Positions 12,440-26,454 of a stretch of 64,000 nucleotides of DNA are shown here, piece by piece. Numbering within the stretch: position 1 is the first letter of the stretch; each line of letters starts with the position of its first letter. The position numbers were made by a program, and so were the translations under genes. The notes beneath the pieces were generated by a model, which ran no database searches, was not told the origin of the DNA, and saw nothing but the letters and a program-made list of their open reading frames with translations. This stretch comes from Botryllus schlosseri. Its lineage: Eukaryota. The stretch spans positions 27,592,001-27,656,000 of the forward strand of contig CM119372.1 of assembly GCA_051294905.1 (NCBI GenBank), in the 5' to 3' direction.

Positions 12440-13596
12440 CCTGTATCACGGTTACCAAATTTATGTCGAAGATTGCTCTCGACGTGCTGCGTGATCAGTT
12501 AGGCCTTCAGAGTCAGTCGCCACCCGTTAGGAGTGTTTGATGCATAGCCTAATAGGTAAGCCTAATTACGTGAACATAATATATATCAAATCACACTCAT
12601 ATACGTAAAGTGAACATTCAATATATATACGACTAACAACGCGATGTTAAGCTTTAATAAAGGTTAAATTTACAACAAACATTGCATATAAAGGAAGGAG
12701 AAGAAAAAATATCAACAGTACGTTGTAAGAAGATAATTTTATATTCAGTTTTAAATGGCCATGGCAGTATTGGTATAAGCTCCACTGGGAGGTTGGTCCA
12801 AGTTTTCGCATCGACAAAATGCAAACTATTGCGTGATGAAGATCGGGACAGCAGCGGTAGCGAAATAGAATTTCTTGATACCTGTCTAGTTTCATAATCA
12901 TGTGTTTTCGCAAAAGTTGTAAAATCAGAATTAAAGTATGACCTGTTTGTGTGGAAGATGGTGTGCATCATCTTTGCTGTTCGGCAACTCCGAGTATACC
13001 ATGACTTCGATATCCCGGGAGAATTCGTCGTCTGGGAGATGATTTACTAATGATATGAAGAGCCTGATTCTGGAGAGTTTTGATTTTTGTAAGGCTTGTT
13101 ACATTTGTTTGTCCCCATATATTTATTTCATATTGAAGTTGAGATTGGAAAATAGCAAAACACACTGCACGCAGTACGTTTCACGGCATCAGGTATTTCA
13201 ATCGTTGTAGCATGCCCGTAGCTCTTGACAATTTCGAGGTGACTGAGTCGATATGAGGTTTACATGACAATTTAAATTCGACCAGAATTCCAAGATTGCG
13301 AAAATGATCATCGGGGTCGATGATAGTTCGATTGACTCTTACAGAAAACGGATTGCTTTTCTGTGAATTGGAGTTTATAAATAATATAATTTGGGTTTTA
13401 CTGGGGTTGATGGAAAGTTGGTTACTTCTCGTCCAATTATGGATATTTGTCATGTCATTAGTTGACAATTCTTGCAAGGATGTTGAGGATACCATGAAAC
13501 AGGCATCATCAGCAAATAGTAGCCTTTTCAAAGAGGAGACCTTGCTAACATAATTTATGTATATAAGAAATAATTAAAGGCCACAATACAGACAGT
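12440..13596 (-). pseudogene. Degenerate 5'-truncated L2/CR1-type LINE (RT C-terminal part plus 3' UTR)
   Basis: Frameshifted fragments LLFADDACF, NQLSINPSKT, LQYEINIWG, LQNQAL, similar to the ORF at 60572-62040. Confidence 0.8.
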
Positions 13597-14476
13597 TATT
13601 TTGCGTTAGTCGTAAACAAACAAAATTCATCCTTCATTGTCTAAAGTGGTCTGATCCCATCTACTGCTAAAATTATTCGACACATCGACAACATCCTTGT
13701 TTTTGAACTTTGCTTATACCTCAGTACTTCTTGCATGTTTATTTTCTGCACTTCAATTTAAATTAATCTTGAAATGCCCTCGCAATCGCTATTTTGACTT
13801 GACATTGTGTATAGCAGGGGTCACCAACCTTTTTGCAACCACGAACTTGAAGCGACGGGCTACCATTTGCTTCCACCTTTTACCCGTACCAGACTTAATT
13901 TCCAACAACTGCAATGTTTTTCAGTATCTGACGATTTTAAATGCTATAATTGCGTAGTATCATCCATAAACCGATGATAGAAATTGATTGATAGCGATCA
14001 CCGGCCAGAAAAGGTCTCTTAAATAAGAGTAACTGGTAAAGTCGTGTGTAATTGATAGCTGATGCAATTATGGAATGTCGGCCAAGGATATGTTTAAAGT
14101 GCGTAGAACGGCACAAATGTATAAATAAATCATATATTTTCTTCCAATAATATTTCATATGCCATGCATAATATGTCTTTTGAATCTAAGAAACAAAGAC
14201 TTTGATCGAAGTCGCTTAAAACTTCGAAGTAACCGCCCTGAGCAGTGATTCCCAACCGCGGCCCCCACAAAAATATTGAGAAATCGATTTATGAAAAAAT
14301 ATTATATTTATAAAATACTCTTGCTTGGCTTGGAGTCTAAAGTTTTCAATTAGGATTGCAGGAAAGCTGTGAGTAGACTGCTAAGATTACGTCACTGCTG
14401 TTTCAATGCAATGTGCCCTAACTTTCCAGTTGAACGGGCAGTACCTATAGATATAAGTATAGATATGGGTATTGAC

Positions 14477-15360
14477 AAGGGTTACCATATTTCAGCAACC
14501 CAAATTTCGGACACTCTTTAGCGCCCACTAGTGGATTTCAAAATGATTTGTGACGTCACACTAGCAAAACTTTGCTCATGGTTCAGAGGTGGTCACGATC
14601 CGGTTCAGGAGTATGTGGCTGTGTGTTGTGTAACCAGGACCAAAAGCACATGTTTTCAGCCCCCTTCCGCCCAAATAAAGAATGATTTTGAGCCCATGCA
14701 CACTATAGGGTAATCTATGCAACTTGCCGGTGCGCACCACGGAGCTTTATAAAACCCCACATCCAGTGGCTTCCAACATTTTATGGTCGCGACTCCATCT
14801 CCAATTTGAAAATGTTCTGTGGCCCAGATCAAAATTTGACGAGCTGATTACTAAAAGAAGGCAGCACCTTTTCCCAGACTTACTCACGGGCTATTTTGGA
14901 AGCTGATTACGTTCAGCATATTCGCGAACCCCGGAATAAAGACAAGCACCCCCCCCCCCCCGTTTGGAACTATCTTTGAATAAAGAATTTAAACGGCCTT
15001 AACGATCTCTAGGAATATACCGTTCTCCTATAATTGCGATTACAATTAGGCTTATTCCAGTAAAGGAAGGTTGTTTTTATTTATATTTTATTGCAGTTTT
15101 TGCGAAGGTAGTAGTCTCTATATTAAAATCAATAAATGTGATAGTAAATCGCGCGCAGCGCGAAGATAAAATCATGCATCACATGAATATTCCCACCAAA
15201 AATATTGTTTTTATGCTGATTAAAAGAAAAAGTTATGAGTGTTATGTCAAGTCTTCAAAATTCCGGACATTTGGCATATTTTAGAAATTCCTCCCGGACG
15301 CTAGTTTGAACAGTGAAATTCCGGACATGTCCGGGAAATTCCGGACGTATGGCAATCCAA
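14477..15360. mobile_element. hAT MITE family B (AGGGTTRCCA termini, CCGGAC subterminal repeats)
   Basis: Starts AGGGTTACCATATTTCAGCAACCC, ends CCGGACGTATGGCAATCC; homologous to 26857, 37097 and 43538 copies. Confidence 0.75.
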
Positions 15361-15368
15361 CTCAATGA

Positions 15369-16703
15369 CAGGACCGTAACTGCCGCACCCAATCCCCCAA
15401 TTGGGAGGAGTGAGCTCGAAGGGGCTAGAAATTAGTTAGTGAATCAGCATAAATTATAGAGTATTTTATGAAATTTTATGCAACTTTTTAATAGATTTTT
15501 CACGCCGCGCGCGATTTCAAGTTTCCAAGTACCTTCATTATTGTGTACTCTTCGACCAAGATAACATACGCATGATTTATAGAAGTGGGCATATCGGCGT
15601 TGGCCATTACCGCGCCACGACGCACGAAGACATATAAAGTTTTAGGCCATGTAACATGCGACTCCAAGAAGTGTGCCAGAACGATCGGCAGCGAAAAAAC
15701 CTTGGCCGAAAAGGACTGCCCCTACGCTGACCGAAAATTTCGTTATGTATATTCAAAATACATATAGGTATAATTGACCATAGGCGCCTAAATGACTGGA
15801 GCCGAATGTTCCTGTCTTGGCAATCTGAACGTCACGAGACAAATAGGCTACCATCCCGCAGGGAAGAATTATATGCCAGTGAAGAACTACCAATTTGAAA
15901 CCGTGTGCATCTTTTAGTTCAGTACGTTTGGTCGATTCTATATTTTTTATATAGCAGACTGGAGGTCACGAAATAACAAATAACATCATGTAACGAAGTC
16001 GTACCAACGGGTCCGCCCGTCCGAATATGTTTAATTATTATTTACGGGCCCTACAGTTTCCAAGACACCTCACTCAGCTCTACCGGTAAGTCTGATTACG
16101 TGAGCAGAGAGGACAAGTAATTGATAGCAATAGCCTATATATGCCATTCCCGATCTTATGATCCAATTTTATTTTGAATTATCGACAATTTTCGCGCTCC
16201 ACGCTGGCTCACTAAACGGGGATCCTGATTTCGTGGCAGAAACGAACAACGGCACGGGGGGTCGGTCTATCACCCTATGGGAGCTCAAGACCTAAGTGTT
16301 TGGGGACCTGACGAAGTGCTGTTTCGTTCCTGTCAACGGGTATGCGCTCGAAGATGTTTAATTATTATTGAGTGGTCCTACCTTTTCAAACACAACTCAC
16401 TCGGCTCAACCGGTCAATCTGATTACGTGAGCAGAGAGAGGATAAAAATTATTACCAATATATATGCAATTGCCGATTATATCGACCGATTCAATCATGA
16501 ATTATTGAAATTATTCGCGCTTCGCGCGATTCGTCAAGAGAAGCTGCCTAAAACGGACACCCGATTTAGATGAAAAATAGCGGTAAACAGCCATCTAGCC
16601 TGAGGGGGTTTGGGGGCTTCGAAGTTCGGTTTATTACCCTATGGGGGGCCCGAGAGAAACGTTTTCTTTGGGGGGGGGTTGACGAAGTACTGTTACGGCC
16701 CTG
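15369..16703 (+). mobile_element. Family-A non-autonomous element (TIR CAGGRCCGTAAC) with duplicated 3' segment
   Basis: CAGGACCGTAAC...GTTACGGCCCTG; homologous copies at about 8215-9407, 9714-10690, 27270-28185 (minus), 47373-52679, 55587-56498. Confidence 0.8.
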
Positions 16704-17753
16704 GGTATTGATAACTAATTTACGTATAGATGTGCAACAAGTGACCCCTGATTGAATGCGCCGAGATGCGTACTGCTTGGCCGGCAAAAAGCAGAATAGT
16801 TGGTAGTTCTATAGCTCGCGACCCAAACGTCCGAATAATTTGATATGTCGGTGTTTATCGAAAGCAAGTGTCGCACTGATTCCAAAAATACGAATTGAAA
16901 TCTCGCCATGGCAATAAAACTACTCCAAAATAGCCAGCAAAGGTTCATTGTTTTGAACAACGGGAGCGCGGTAACACAATGGCCAATGACGTCAAGCGAA
17001 TGATCGTAACAATGCCAATTTTCATATTTTGATGACTTTTTTGGGTATCTTTCATTGCCCGGTGGTATTCGTGCGGCCCCGGCCGTACTCTGAAATTCTA
17101 AATTTGGCCCTGACACCGAAAAAGGCTGGGAACCACTGGCCCTGAGTACACTCAGTTAGGATACATTCTGTAGAATGCCCCTCTTAGCAAGCGCACATTA
17201 AAACGGTATAAAGTACTTAATCGCATTATCACCTTGCCGAAAACCTGCCACCCGCAGAGAAAAATTGTTCGTCCCGTGAAAAACTTTCAAGTTTTAACGG
17301 CACGCGGTCCACGCCATTGGTTATTGATTTACGTGTGAGCTGAGCTCAAGTGGGCTAAGAGAAAGGATTAGACACCAAAATCGCAAAAATATCTGTATGC
17401 TACGAGCTACAGTCAACTCAATTTTTTTCGCGCTACGCCACTTTTTACCTCTAACTTATGGTTATTGCTCTATGTATAATTCTCTCAACAGGGGGAGCTA
17501 AATTTTCACTGTCATGAAGGGATGCGTTTCTAAACAAGTTTGAGAACCACTGAACTTGACACTGCATCGCTGAGTGAGTCGTCTAGATGCGCATAGGTAA
17601 GGCGTGTTTTGTGTTTGTTTTTGATGAAGTTCATGCAAAGGCTGATTCACAACGATCAGTTGAACCAAACATGCTTGCAACCTTCATAGCTGCTGCGCAA
17701 TATGCGCATGCAACCCTGTAGGCTACTTTTCCGTGTCAACCAGACACGAAAAG

Positions 17754-18038
17754 GTGGCTAGATAGCGGGGTGGTATAATGCACAGCTGCAACACCAATGG
17801 ATTGCGGGTTCGAGTTCAACCGAGGTCGACTCAAAAATTCTTACGTAAGTGTTGAAGGTTTAACTAGGCTCTTCCTCGCCATCTCGTCTGTGAAAGCGGT
17901 GTCTTATAAAGCCAAGAAATTGGCCGGGCTACAAGTCGACAGCTACGAAATAAAAATGAAGAAAATTAGCCTAGGGTAAATGACCATAGTAGTCGAAAAA
18001 CACCGTAAATACCAAAAAGACACAAACAAACAAACAAA
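17754..18038 (+). mobile_element. tRNA-derived SINE
   Basis: A-box-like TAGCGGGGTGG, B-box GGTTCGAGTTC, (CAAA)n tail; homologous to 34373-34648. Confidence 0.8.
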
Positions 18039-18392
18039 TCACCAAAAGTTTGGTGGAGCCTGGCGGGCATGGAGGTGGAGGTCATTTTGCAATGCTACAA
18101 TTTTAATCTCAACTGTTCAGGCTCCAGGCTCAATAGATTCCACTATACCGGACAGCAACGATTACAGAGAGTTGGAAACATGGTACTAAACTCTAAATTG
18201 CGTTGAGAGTAAGAGAATCTAGCCCAGTGGTTCCCAAACTTTTTCGGTGTCAGGGCCAAATTTGTAATGTCAGAGTACGGTTTGGGCCGCACGAATACAT
18301 TCATCATGTATAGCAAAAATTATGAAGCATCAAAGCACGTACCAACGAAGAACAAATTGAAACACTAACAAGAAGGAAATACGAAAATCAAT

Positions 18393-20201
18393 TTAATGTC
18401 CAACATGGCATTGGCTTTGAGATTCAAGAAGTTTGCCGGAGCGAGAAGTAATTGCAGATGATGCAGTACGTAGTAGCTGCTTGAGGTGGTCATCGGTCAA
18501 TCGATTGCGATATTGATTTTTTATTCTGACCATTTTGCTGAAAAGTGCTTCACATACATAAGTTGATCCAAACAGAGAAGCGTTTTTTGTGCATGGATTA
18601 TCAAGTTGGGATACTTTCCGCCAGGAACTTGACTCCAAAATTCAAGTAAGTCTTCACTCTTAAATAATTGCTTCAGTTCGATATCTGATTGCATGTCTAG
18701 CAACTCCAATTGACAATTTTCAGGCGCAGTGGCTACATTAACTGCAAAAGGATTGGAAAACATTTCCATCATGGGCAGAAAATCATTCAATCCGTCTATG
18801 CGCCGGTTGAACTCATCAATCAAGTTGCTGATAAGCCTGCTGTATTCACCAAATGATGCATTGGCTTTATGGCCAGATAGTGTTGGAAAATGTGCTGTAA
18901 CACCATCCGCAAGCTGCGTTTTCCAGAGACAAGGCTTGTTAATGAAAGCAGTTGTTGTGCCATACAAATCATGACAGAGCTTGTTATTGCCCTGTAGAGT
19001 GCGATTGAGAGTAGAAGGGTGTGTAGTGATATCCACAAAAAACGCCAAATCGGCAACCCAATCTTCGTCGCCAAGTTGAGAAACATCTTTTTTTCCTTCA
19101 GCAAACGTTTGAATCTCTGGAAGTAGGTCATAGAATCGTTTGAGACATGAAGCGCGGCTTAGCCATCGAGCGGCTGTGAACATGGCTAGTGGCTACGTCA
19201 CCATGCTCAGCGTCAGTATCTGCTAAAAATTTTTTGAACTTCCGATGCATACGTGCGTTTGCTCTGATCCAGTTCACTTTTGTTATTACCACATCCATTA
19301 CATTAGACATGTTGAGTGACTTAGCAACCAGATTTTCTTGGTGTAAAATGCAATGATGCCATGTCACTGGAGCAAGACTATATATACTCTTCTCGCCATT
19401 TATTGATGAGCCCCTGAAGCCCTTGATTTGCTCCAAGCATGGATGGACAGCCATCCGTTGCTACTCCAACCAACTTTGATGAATCCAAATGTGCTTCTTC
19501 AAGAGTAGCACGAAATTCACGAAACATATCTGTTCCTTTAGCTGTGCCATGAATAGAACGCAAAGTGAGATATTCTTCACAAATCGTAAAATCCGGCATG
19601 ACTCCCCTAATAAACATAGCTATTGCTCCGTGTCGGTGAGATCTTTTGAGCTGTGAAGCGCGACAGAGTAACACACAAATGTTTTCGATTTCTCAAGAAG
19701 CTGATCATGTTGGTCGTTTGCTATACATTCAATGCGCCGTGTTACTGTAGTATTGCTCAGCTGCAACTTTCTTGCCTTTTGTTTTATGGAACTTGAACAG
19801 CATTCTGTTAGAAACGTAACTATAGCCTGCTTCATAATTTCACCATCCGAGTATGGCTTCATATTGCGAGCAATTAGATGGCTCACCTTGTATGACGTTT
19901 GGGTAATATCTTCAGATTCATTACTAGTCTTGAAAATAATTGTTTGCTTATTCCGTGCCGACTTGAGGGATTCCAATTTCCTTTTCCTTGATTCTCCTTG
20001 GTAGCAATCATATTTTGAAGAATGAGTTTTGTAGTGCCTCTCAATGTTATAAGAGTTTACACTACTTATCGCCACAGGACATATAAGGCATTGGGCTTTG
20101 TTGCCTACCTCAATATGAAAATACTTTTCTTCCCAATCACTTTGAAAAACACGAGATTCCTTCTGAATTTTACGTGCTTTCTTTGAAGGCTGTTCTGACA
20201 T
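18393..20201 (-). pseudogene. hAT transposase pseudogene (GTF2IRD2/SPIN-like), multiple frameshifts
   Basis: BED-like CLIC...NIERHY, ATDGCPSM, HCILHQ, RWLS, FGSTYVCEALFS spread over five ORF fragments; first catalytic motif reads ALHSS instead of ALDES. Confidence 0.9.
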
Positions 20202-20628
20202 GATTCAAAACTTTAATATACCCAAAACTTGACCAAATGACTGATTAACCTATCGCGGATTTATAGAATTTGTGACTGCTTTAGGTACATAAAAAGTTCA
20301 CCAAATAGAGTAAAATCGAGGAGAACGGGATAGCTGCGGCCGGGTTTTGCCTTGGCCCTAGATTTTTAACATAAGGATTGATGCGCAACACATGACACAC
20401 GGTTTAAACGCCGAGAGGCCTACTGCTGATCCCGGTAAAAGTAGCAGAATTGGTTGCCCTATAACTGGGGATCCGAGCGTCCCAATTTAATATGTCTAAT
20501 ATGTCTGGTCTTAATCGAAAGCAAGTGTCGCACTGATTCAGAATATACAAATTTAAATATGGCCTAGACAATGAAACGAACGTACGAATGTACTGTACGC
20601 GAACTAAGAATCGTACATATGCCACGAA

Positions 20629-21144
20629 TAGGGCTGGGCAAAATCGAGTACCTGAGTGATTCGATTCTGAATCACGTAATATGCTTCGAGTCGAGTCGAG
20701 TAATCGAGTATCACTCATTATGACGTCACACCACAACGCAATATCCCAAAGTTCAAATATGTACCTTTTTTGCCATCACAAAGAATATAATGCCTGTTAT
20801 CCATCACATAAACATACTTTGCTATTTTTTCGACCACACCGATTTCATTCCATTTGATGACAATGTTGTGGGAAAATCATGACTTCAGAAATGTGCTACG
20901 TCCAGTACCCTTCGTAGCTTTGTATTGTATGTTTTCTGTGCTGCGATACCGCCAATCAAGGTTTCAGGGCTTCAACAGTGAAAATTAGTATCATAACTAT
21001 ATTTTTCGTTGATAAATTATCTTTGAGTGGTGAGGAGCGTATAATTTCAGTACTCGAAAAAATCGTATTTTACTACTCGACTCGAATCAATAAAATTAAT
21101 ACTCGATTCAGATTCGAGTACTCGAATCATTGTGCCCAGCCCTA
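20629..21144. mobile_element. hAT MITE family E (TAGGGCTGGGCA termini)
   Basis: Perfect TSD GCCACGAA; second copy at 29929-30434. Confidence 0.92.
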
Positions 21145-22173
21145 GCCACGAATCAATCATCGGGGCATCCTTAGTAGCATGTGTTATCATTTCGTGGTGG
21201 AGATTACGCAAGCGCCGACTAAGACTACCAACACATACTAACTACCTACAAAGAGCATTCGCACTTTGGGGCCTTGTACCATGCGAAGTGTTGCAGCGCC
21301 TCCGACCCGATTTGTATGGTTGGATTCGCGTCCCGAAAGTGAAAGAAATCGATTGGCCCTAGTCTTTCTAAGCCCGTCCGAAAGTGTTTCGTACATGATC
21401 CTGGAGTGTTACGGCCAGTTTATAGGCAAGCAAAGCAGTGGCACCCATAAACGTAAAACTGCGTAAACGGCGTACCGAGCACACACTGATCACGACTCAT
21501 GTTCTCACCTGACTAATTATATCTGCAGAGATGACTAGAACTCGAGAGATTGCATAAGCGTAACTGGAAAGGTCACCGAGTTCGGACACATACCCAATTG
21601 TTATATCATAGATTGGACCTGTCATATTGAATCTAATAAAACATAATTTTGAATCGTCTTTCAAGAACTAAGGATATATCCTGCTGCTACAGCAGCCTCT
21701 GAAATTCGGTCACGGAACAAAATAGGAGATTTTGGCCTTGAAGCTGGAGGCTGTGACACAACACATGCGGCTTACCGTCTATCCATAAGTCTTCTGCAAA
21801 ATTGCCGTTGGAAAATATGTTACCGAATAAATACGTGGATGAAAACCATAAACTTAGTACATTGCTACAAGACATCATCGAGAAGTGGCACAGGCAATCT
21901 CATGACCCATCCTGGCATGGTACACTCACACTGTCAAAATCAAGACATACAGACGAACATAGAATTTTGAGTAAAATATATTGAGGAATAGCATGATCGA
22001 GTGATAAGCTGTTAGCCGACATCTAAAATGAAATAGCTTAAGCACTTGACAGGGGATTGTAAGCATATGGTTCGAAGATTTCGCTATAAATGGGCATTTA
22101 CAAGCGAAAGCTCAAGAAGAATGCGATTTTCGCTGTGATTTCAGTATATATTGATTGCTGTGCGTCTATAAAT

Positions 22174-24223
22174 CAGGGCTGTGGAGTCGGAGTCGGTGGA
22201 GTCGGAGTCGGGGTGATTTTCGCTTGATGGAGTCGGAGTCGTGAAAACTATAATAGCTGGAGTCGGAGTCGGGGTCGGAGTCGGTGGGAAAATACTGACT
22301 GGAGTCGGAGTCGGAGTTTGTGAGAATGACTATGACTTCGACTCCGACTCCGACTCCAACTTCTCTATCATGAAAACATTTGCTTTCAAAGAATTTTCAA
22401 TCGAATTTTTATGTACTACCAATCACCGTTATTATTAACCATACAGACCAGGTGCGGCCAGCCCGTGGCACGCAGGCCAAATTTGGCACACGAGAAGGTT
22501 AAGTGTGGCCTGCGAGGTAATCCTCGAAATTATTTATGACGTCATTTTACAATTGCAAGGCCAACCAAAATTTGATTAACATGACCGCGAAATTTGATGA
22601 TTACTAAAACGGCAGTTCTGACGCATTGACGTATCCAGGGGCCAGCCACATTTATCCCAGATCTTCACATATGACCATATGAAGTAGAATATTTCATAGC
22701 AGATCTATTTGACTTGAAATTTTTCTCGGTACTTCGCATGATTCATTGTCACTAGATTTCTTGCATGCAGTATTTGAGCCCCCTTCTGAAAATTATAAAT
22801 ACATATTATTCACAGAATTGAGTCTAACTATATTCGCAATTATGAGATATGGCTTCGCTTGTGCACTTGCAGCGAGATCGTCGACAAAACATTCGCACAG
22901 AATGATAGAGGCATGTTCACTGATACCGTCGATTTTGCTATGTCTAAACGTCGAATAATCCTGTCCTTGCCAAATGAGCCCAGTGGCATACAGCTGCGAC
23001 CCCCAATGTATGTTTGCGACATATTTATTGATATAGCTATAGCCTAATTCAGTCGTTATCTTGCAAAAAAATTTCACGCTTCGCGTGACCAGGGCCTGAT
23101 TGCGCAGTGCACAGTTGCATGACATATTATTATCAATTTTAGACTTATATAAGTCTTGTTTGCGATGTTACCTAATTCGGTTCGCTCCTATCGACGACTA
23201 AAAAAGGTTATCAACATTCCAGTTGCCCGCGCAATGGTTCGTAAATCTCAGGTGTCCCTTTCGCCGAAACAGTTGCCCACCCCTGATATAGATAAAATTA
23301 GACATTACTTGCAAATTTCAACTCAGTTGCAGAGGGGAAGAAAATCGCAAGATGCGTTTTCGCGATGCAGTCAAAATTGATGCAATTTTTGGAATCATAC
23401 CATGATACTGTGACAGAGAAAATGCATCGGCTGGTTTTGTAAAATTGTAAAAATGATGTAAATATGACCAAATGATGCTTCCCACTTGACAAAATTAAAA
23501 ATATTTGTAGTGTAGCTTAGCTGTTTGGGTCGAACAAATGATTAAGAAAGACTGCAAGTCTCAATTCTTGAATACTTGATTAAGTACATGTAGACTAGAC
23601 ATAGGCTATGGTCTTTGACTACTTAACTAAATTCCCTCTATGACCAATGTCTATTGTTAGTAGTAAGAGTGTTTGTGCTTGTAATCAGGATAGTGTGCTA
23701 TGACAAAATTAGTAAGTTAAATTTCTTTATTAGTTGCTGAGTCATACACAAGAGCTACACTTGGATTTTTTATCTACATTTTTATTATACATGATTGGAT
23801 ATCTGCCATATTTGAATGATTCATACATTTCAGGATATTAGAGAGTCCATGTTATAAAAACTTGACTAAGGAAGGATATTTAGCAAATCTTTATTTCATG
23901 TTAATTGCATAGTGGATAATTCGAGCTGTGCTACAATGAAACAATTTAGCATGCCACATTTAATCATATGTTTGCATATGTTTATTGGTTGCATGATAGT
24001 CATTCAACCGACAATGTGGCATATAATTTTCGAAGTAAATTGGCAATAATGCTGGAGTCGGAGTCGGGAGTCGGAGTCGGAGTCGGTACGTTTAAAGACC
24101 CAGGAGTCGGAGTCGGTACGTTTAAAGACTCAGGAGTCGGAGTCGGAGTCGGTATATTGAAAATGTGTGGAGTCGGAGTCGGAGCCGGAGTTGTTGGTAA
24201 AATTTACCGACTCCACAGCCCTG
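22174..24223. mobile_element. hAT non-autonomous element family G with (GGAGTC)n subterminal arrays
   Basis: TIR CAGGGCTGTGGAGTCGG; perfect TSD CTATAAAT (22166-22173, 24224-24231). Confidence 0.92.
22449..23285. mobile_element. hAT MITE family C nested in G
   Basis: CAGG termini; TSD ATACAGAC/ATATAGAT; reverse-complement homolog at 42658-43513. Confidence 0.8.
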
Positions 24224-25495
24224 CTATAAATGGTAAATAATTGTTATCGAACAGAGTTTTCTGGCAGTCTACACACAATTGTCCTGCAATCCTAATTAAT
24301 AACTCCAGACTCCAAGCCAAAAAACAGTATTTTATAGGTATATATTTTATTTGAAGTCGTAAATCGATTTCCTAATATGTTTGTGGGGGCCGCAAGAAGG
24401 CTAGCTGGGGGCCGCACTTGGGAATCACTGATCTAGCCATATCAAAAGTATTTATATATATATATATATATATATTGTCCTTTATGAGTTACGTGTTATT
24501 GTGATTTAAACAAGAATAGCTAAATTAATCAATCTTTATACATACTGCATGGTATGTGCTGAAATCGGATCTATTTTTTGAACAGGCTCGTGGGCTACCT
24601 GGGCCCGCGGGCACTACGTTTGTGACCCTTGGTGTATAGTAATACATCTGAACAACATCCAGACAAATTACGAATGGGCAATTCTCCCAACCGAGGATGC
24701 AATATGAAGAAATACTATAACTACCTTAACATAATGATTAAAAACATCCCATTCCTTATCTCAAAATAATATGCCACCCCATATCTTTAAGAATGCAGAA
24801 TATACACAGATTAACCATGACGATCGGGAGCTTTTCGAATCCTCGAAGATATTAGTAAATGCTGCATGTTATCCTATTCGCCATTATCGCTCCCACATTC
24901 ATCGCATTCGACTGTTGATTTTTTTATTTCAGTCCGTCATGAATGTTTTCATGTCTATTGTTTAAGAAGTCTGGTCATCATCTACATTTGTAAATTCCAG
25001 ACTATGTAAAGTTGCTATACGTCTCAGTCATTTCCACCCTTGTCACACAGCCGAGTAACTTGTCACTGTGGAGACGATGTAACGACTGTTCTTTAACCAA
25101 TACCAAAGCCCTACTGCCATTGCTTTTATCTCCGTTAAATCAGTGATTTCTTCTTCATTTTACTTTTGATTAACTCCGAGTCTTCCTTCCCACATCCTGA
25201 AACTCCTTTATCCAACCTGCTAAAATGCCCCCTCCAGTAAAGATTTGCATCGTAACGACTTGATATTGGTAAAAGTTAAGAAGCCTAAAAATAGATAGTC
25301 GCAACCCGATTAAGTAATGATTGAAGCAGATGATGTTAATTTACATGACGTGAAATTTATTGGGTACCGGTATCTCGATAAATTCTGCGGAAGCGCTGTG
25401 GGACGGTCAGACTGCTCGTGCTAAACATGGATGGGACCCAATTATTAGTTTTCGAGAATAAACAATAAGAGTTTGTTAACAACACTTGATGCACG

Positions 25496-26454
25496 CAGTG
25501 TTGGGATGACTCGAGTCATGACTTGACTCGAGTCAGACTCGAGTCACCTTTTTTGCATGACTTGACTTGACTCGAGTCACTTTGCTAAAATGACTTGACT
25601 TGACTTGACTCGGCGTATCAGAAATGTGGATTGACTCGTGACTCGGAGCAAAATTCACGAGTCAATTTCAAGTCATCACGTAATCGGTGTCGATAATCAC
25701 TGTTTCTTGGATATGTTCGGACTGTTCGCGAAACGCTAGTGTAACCCGTGAGAGCGACCAATCATTCAATGACCGTGCGTTTCACCGAGACTCGATTGTT
25801 CTCTCACAAATAAATGACCGCAAACGAAGGGATCGAAGCTTATAGCTTAAGTCGTCGTAACTTTATTAGTAAAGTAATAGAATAACAAAATATCTACTGC
25901 TGTTCTCTGTTCTTACCTTAACCAAAACTCTTGTTTTATTGAAATTGAAGTTGAATATGGTTTACATAGTCCTCAACCATTGGCGCAGGCTCGAATGGTA
26001 GCCTGTGTCATATCTATTTGTAAATGGGTAATGTATTGCATCTTATCAATTCGTTTATCTATTCTCTATCTTGGCTGGTAACTGTAAACTGAGGCTACGC
26101 AATTACGTATATGTGAGCGATACAGCGCCTGCTTGTGTGGATATTTAACTCTATATTCTTTCATCGGTTTAGAATCAATGACCACTCAAACTGTATTTCA
26201 GACAGCTAGCAAATTGCAATGACGTAATCATGCCTCATACATACTTCGAAAGGGCAACTTGACTTGAAATGTGACTTGACTCGTGACTTGACTTGACTTG
26301 ACTCGACTTGACTCGAGTCACCTCCAAAAATCGAGCGACTTGACTTGACTCGAGTCACCTTTGAAAATTGATTGACTTGACTTGACTCGAGTCAAAATGT
26401 GCAATGACTCGAAATGACTCGTGACTCGAAGGTAGTGACCTGATCCCAACACTG
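25496..26454. mobile_element. hAT MITE family J with GACTT/GACTCGAGTC subterminal repeats
   Basis: TIR CAGTGTTGGGAT; perfect TSD GATGCACG (25488-25495, 26455-26462). Confidence 0.92.

Larger units (their letters stand above)
14243..17138 (+). mobile_element. Non-autonomous relative of the hAT at 18225-24430, opposite orientation
   Basis: Both terminal regions match those of 18225-24430 inverted; perfect TSD GCCCTGAG (14235-14242, 17139-17146). Confidence 0.85.
18225..24430 (-). mobile_element. hAT (Buster/SPIN-like) transposon with decayed transposase and nested MITEs
   Basis: TIRs CAGTGGTTCCCAA / TTGGGAATCACTG; perfect TSD ATCTAGCC (18217-18224, 24431-24438). Confidence 0.9.
13815..24631. 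mobile_element. hAT MITE shell expanded to 10.8 kb by nested insertions
   Basis: Ends CAGGGGTCACCAAC / GTTTGTGACCCTTG; perfect TSD GTGTATAG (13807-13814, 24632-24639). Confidence 0.8.

Noticed and set aside
17754..17830. Possible tRNA gene
   Set aside because: No complete cloverleaf; it is the SINE head
22180..24220. GVGVGV-rich ORFs and CRISPR-like look of (GGAGTC)n arrays
   Set aside because: Subterminal hexamer arrays of a TSD-flanked MITE; no unique spacers, no cas genes
25500..26450. GACTTGACTCGAGTC repeats as a satellite or CRISPR array
   Set aside because: Confined to the ends of a TIR/TSD-bounded MITE
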